A DNA stretch of 64,000 bases. Origin: the human T2T-CHM13v2.0 reference genome, Homo sapiens. Location of the stretch: the NCBI RefSeq assembly GCF_009914755.1, contig NC_060929.1. One strand, given 5' to 3'. A model generated the notes under the pieces. It saw only the letters and a list, made by a program, of their open reading frames with translations, had not been told where the DNA came from and searched no databases. A program made the translations under genes and the position numbers. Below are positions 59,860 through 64,000 of this stretch, in pieces. Position 1 is the first letter of the stretch. Every line of letters begins with the position of its first letter.

Positions 59860-62800
59860 TGGTGTACACCCACTGTGATATTAGAAGTAATAGCTCCCTG
59901 GAATACTATGAATAATGTCACAAGGTGTACACCCACTGTGATATTAGCAGTAATATCTCCATAGGATATTACAAATGATATCACAGTAGGTATACACCAT
60001 GTGTGTACACCCACTGTGATATTAGAAAAAATATCTTTTTAGGATATTACAAATAATATCACAGGGTGTACACCCAGTATGATATTATGAGTAGTATCTC
60101 CCTAGGATATTATGAATGATGTCACAGAATGAACACATATGTTTTACACCCACTATGATGTTAGGAGTAATATTTTCCTAGGATATTATAAAGAGTATCA
60201 CAGGATGTACACTCACTGTGATATTAGGAGTAATATCTACATAGGATATTACAAATAATATCACAGGGGTACACTCACTGTGATATTAGGAGTAATATCT
60301 TCTTAAAATATTACAAATAATATCACAGGGTGTACACCCACTGGGATATGAGGAGTAATATCTTTCTAGGATATTACCAACAGTATCACAGGGTGTACAT
60401 CCACTGTGATATTATTTGTAATGTCTTAGGGAGCTATTACTTCTAATAACACAGAGTGTACACCCACTGTGATTTTAGGAGACATATCTCCCTAGGATAT
60501 TACAAATAATATCAGAGAGTACACACACTGTGATATTAAGATCAACTTCTCCCTAAGATATTACAAATCATATTCCAGGGTGTACAACCACTGTGATATT
60601 AGAAGTACTACCTCCCTAGAATATTACAAATAATGTCACAGGTTGTATATCCACTGTGTTATTAGAAGCAATATTTCCCTAGTCTATTATGAATAATATC
60701 ACAGGGCATACACACATGATGTATACCCGCTGTTAAATTAGGAGTAATATATCCTTAGGATATTATGATTAATATCACATGGTGTACACCCACTGTGATG
60801 TTAGAAGTAATAACTCCCTAGAATATTATGAATAATGTCACAGGGTGTACACTCACTGTGATATTAGGATTAATATCTCCATAGGATATTATGAAAAATA
60901 TCACAGAATGAACACTTAAGTTGTATTCCCAGTATGATATTGGGAGTAATATTTTCCTAGGAGACTACAAATAATATCACAAGGTGTACACCCACTGTGT
61001 TATTAGAAGTAATATCTCCCTAGGATATTACAAATAATATAACAGTTGTACACCAACTGTGATATTAGGAGTAATATCTGCCTAGGATATTACAAATAAT
61101 ATCACAGTGTGTACACCCACTGTGACATTAGGAATAACATCTCTCTAAGATATTACTCCTAATATCACACAGTGTACACACATGGTGTAAACCCACTGTG
61201 ATATTAGGGGTAATATCTTCCTATAATATCATGAATAATATCACAGGGTGTACTCTTACTGTGATATTAGAAGAAATATCTCCCTAGGATATTACGAATA
61301 ATACCATGGTGTGTACACCCACTGTGATATTAGGAGTAATATCTCCCTATATGAATAATATCACAGGGTGTACACCCACTGTGATATTAAGAGTATTATC
61401 TCTCTAAGTTATTACTAATAATATTACAGGGTGTACAGGTTGCACACCCACTGTGATATTAAGATTAATATCTCCCTGGGATATTACTAATAATATCACA
61501 AGTTATACAGCCACTGTAATATTAGGAGTAATATGTTCTTTGGATATTATGAATAATATCAATGGTTGTACACCCACTGTGATATTAGGAATAATGTCTC
61601 CCTAAAATATCAAGAATAATATCACAAAGTATACACACAGGGTTTACATACACCGTGATATTAGGAGTAATGTCTCTTTAGGATATTATGAATAATATCA
61701 AGGGTGTACTGCTACTGTGATACTAGGAGTAATATCTCCCTAGAATATTACTAATAATATAACAGTGTATACACACATGGACATAGTGTACTCCTACTGT
61801 GATACTAGGAGTAATATCTCCCTAGGATATTATAAATAATATTACAGGGTGTACACACATGGTGTACCCCCACTGTGATATTAGGAGTAACATCTCTTTA
61901 GCGTATTACGAAGAATATCACAGAATGTACCCCCCACTCTGATACTAGGTATAATATCATAGGGTTTACACACATGGTATACTACCCACTATGATATTAG
62001 GAGTAATATCTTCCTAGGATATTATGTATAATATCACAGGGTGTATACTCATGGTGTACCTTCACTGTGATATTAAAAGTAATATCTCCCTAGGATATTA
62101 CAAAGAGTATCACAGAGTGTATCCCCACTGTGATAGTAGGAGTAATATCTGCTGAGAATACCATGAATAATATCACAGGTTATACACACATGGTGTACCT
62201 CTATTGTGATACTAGGAATAATATCTTCCTAGGATATTACAAATAATATCACAGGGTGTACTTACATTGTGTAACCCCCCTGTGATACCAGGGTTAATAT
62301 CTCCCTAGGATATTATGAATAATTTCACATGGTGTACACAGATTGTATATTCTCACTGTGATACAAGGAGTAATATCTCCCTAGGATATTATGAATAATA
62401 TCACAGGGTGAACATGCATGATGTACCCCTACTGTGATACTAGGAGTAATATCTCCCTAAGATATTATGAATAATATCAGAGTGTGTAGACACATGGTGC
62501 ACCCGCACTGTGATATTAGAAGTACTGTTTCCCTAGGATATTATGAATAATATCATAGGGCATACACACATGGTGTCCCCCCACTGTGATACTAGGAGTG
62601 ATATCTTTTTAAGATATTGTAAATAATGTCAAAGGGTTTACACACGTGCTGCACACTCACTGTGATAGTAGGAGTAATATCTCCCTAGGATATTACCAAT
62701 AATATCGCAAGGTGTACACACATGGTGTATACCCACTGTGATAATAGAAGTAATATTTTTCAGGATATTACAAATAATATCACAGGGTCTAAAAATATGG

Positions 62801-63000
62801 TGTACACCAACTGTGCTAGTAGGAGTAATATCTTTGTAGGTTATTACGAATCATATCACAGGGTATACACACATGGTGTACACCCACTGTGAAACTAGGA
62901 GTAGTATCTCCCTACGATATAACAAATAGTGTAACAGGGTATACCCATATGGTGTAAACCCACTGTGATATTAGGAGTAATATCTCCCTAGGATATTACG
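59860..63000. repeat. SATR1-type satellite (63-bp and 76-bp monomers)
   Basis: Tandem GGATATTACAAATAATATCACAGGGTGTAC[ACACATGGTGTAC]ACCCACTGTGATATTAGGAGTAATATCTCCCTA. Periods are 63 (60553-60616-60679) and 76 (62381-62457-62533). Confidence 0.88.
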
Positions 63001-64000
63001 ATACTGGGAGTAATATCATCTTCTCTTCCCCTGGATATTATGAACTATATCACACGGGATTGTACAACCCCTGCAAAATTTGGAGTATTATCATTCCCCC
63101 TTCCCCTGGATATTATGAAACATATTACAGGGGTGTGTACATTTTCGGCAATACTGGGAGTAATATAATCTCCTCCTCTTTTGGATATTATGAAAAATAT
63201 CACATTGGTGTGTACACCTGCTGCAATATTGGGAGTAACATCATCCCCTCCTGCCTGGATAATATGAACAGTATAATAGAGGAATGTCCACCCTCTGTGA
63301 TATTGCGAGTAATATCGTCTTCTTTCTCCCTGGATATTACATATAATATCACGGTGGGGTGTACACACCCTGCGATATTGGGAGTCATATCATCCCCTCC
63401 CCTTCTGGTATTACAAACCATATCACAGGGGATGTATTCCCACTGCGATGTTGAGAGTAATATCAACTCCTCTTCTCCTGGATATTATGAAAAATGTAAC
63501 AGATGGTGTACACCTTTTGTGATATTGGAGGTAATATTCCCTCCCCCTGTGTATATTATGAACAATATTACAGGAAGATGTACACCCCCTACGATATTAA
63601 GAGTAATATCATCTCCTCCTATTATAGATTTTATGAAAAATATCACAGGGGAGTATACACCCCTGCGATACTGGGAGAAATATCATCCCCTATTTTTCTG
63701 ATATTATGAACAATATCACAGGGGGTGTATACCCCCTGTGATATTGGGAGTAATATCATCCCTCCCACCCTGGATATTATGAAATATTACAGAGGGTGTA
63801 CACCTGCGATATTGGGCATAATATCATCATCTCCTTCCCTGGATATTACAAACAACATCACAGGGGTGTGTACAACCCCTGCGATATTGGGAGTAATATC
63901 ATCCTCTTGGCGCCTAGATATTATGAACAATATCACAGAAGGGTGTACACACCCTGCGATATTGTGAGTAATATGATCATCTCTCTCACTGGTTATTATG
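63001..64000. repeat. SATR2-type satellite (about 75-bp monomers), continues past the window end
   Basis: Related monomer with a pyrimidine insert 'aatatcatcctctcccccctggatatt' and 'cctgcgatattggg'; period 75 (63031-63106-63181). Confidence 0.85.

Noticed and set aside
63045-63967. ORFs up to 213 aa in the satellite
   Set aside because: Periodic peptides (ILGVISSPP...) on both strands are a by-product of the 75-bp, 3n-length repeat.
59860-64000. CRISPR-like array of palindromic repeats
   Set aside because: There are no unique spacers, the whole unit repeats with scattered divergence, no cas genes are present and the context is primate. It is satellite DNA.

Overview
AT-rich, CpG-depleted primate (human-like) intergenic or deep-intronic DNA dominated by interspersed repeats. 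I recognise no host protein-coding exon, rRNA, tRNA or CRISPR array; almost every ORF in the track comes from L1, Alu, LTR or satellite sequence. Main features: (1) a full-length but inactivated L1PA (13130-19315, 14-bp TSD); (2) an L1MA fragment carrying nested THE1 and MER11C solo LTRs, each with a perfect TSD; (3) a 5'-inverted (twin-primed) L1PA; (4) many truncated L1s, Alus, MIR/L2/MLT relics and a 34-nt U2 snRNA retrocopy; (5) a more than 4-kb SATR1/SATR2-type satellite running off the right end. The most unusual signals are short sequences apparently copied from nearby DNA: 32 bp from 8578 into the L1 5'UTR/ORF0 at 13510, and 46 bp from 40365 into a MIR at 42087. Also notable are a 39-bp-arm palindrome next to an orphan 53-bp L1 fragment, and the quasi-palindromic, spatially graded monomers of the satellite. 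Repeat subfamily names come from remembered consensus sequences, and boundaries of old elements are approximate. I found no convincing novel coding system.
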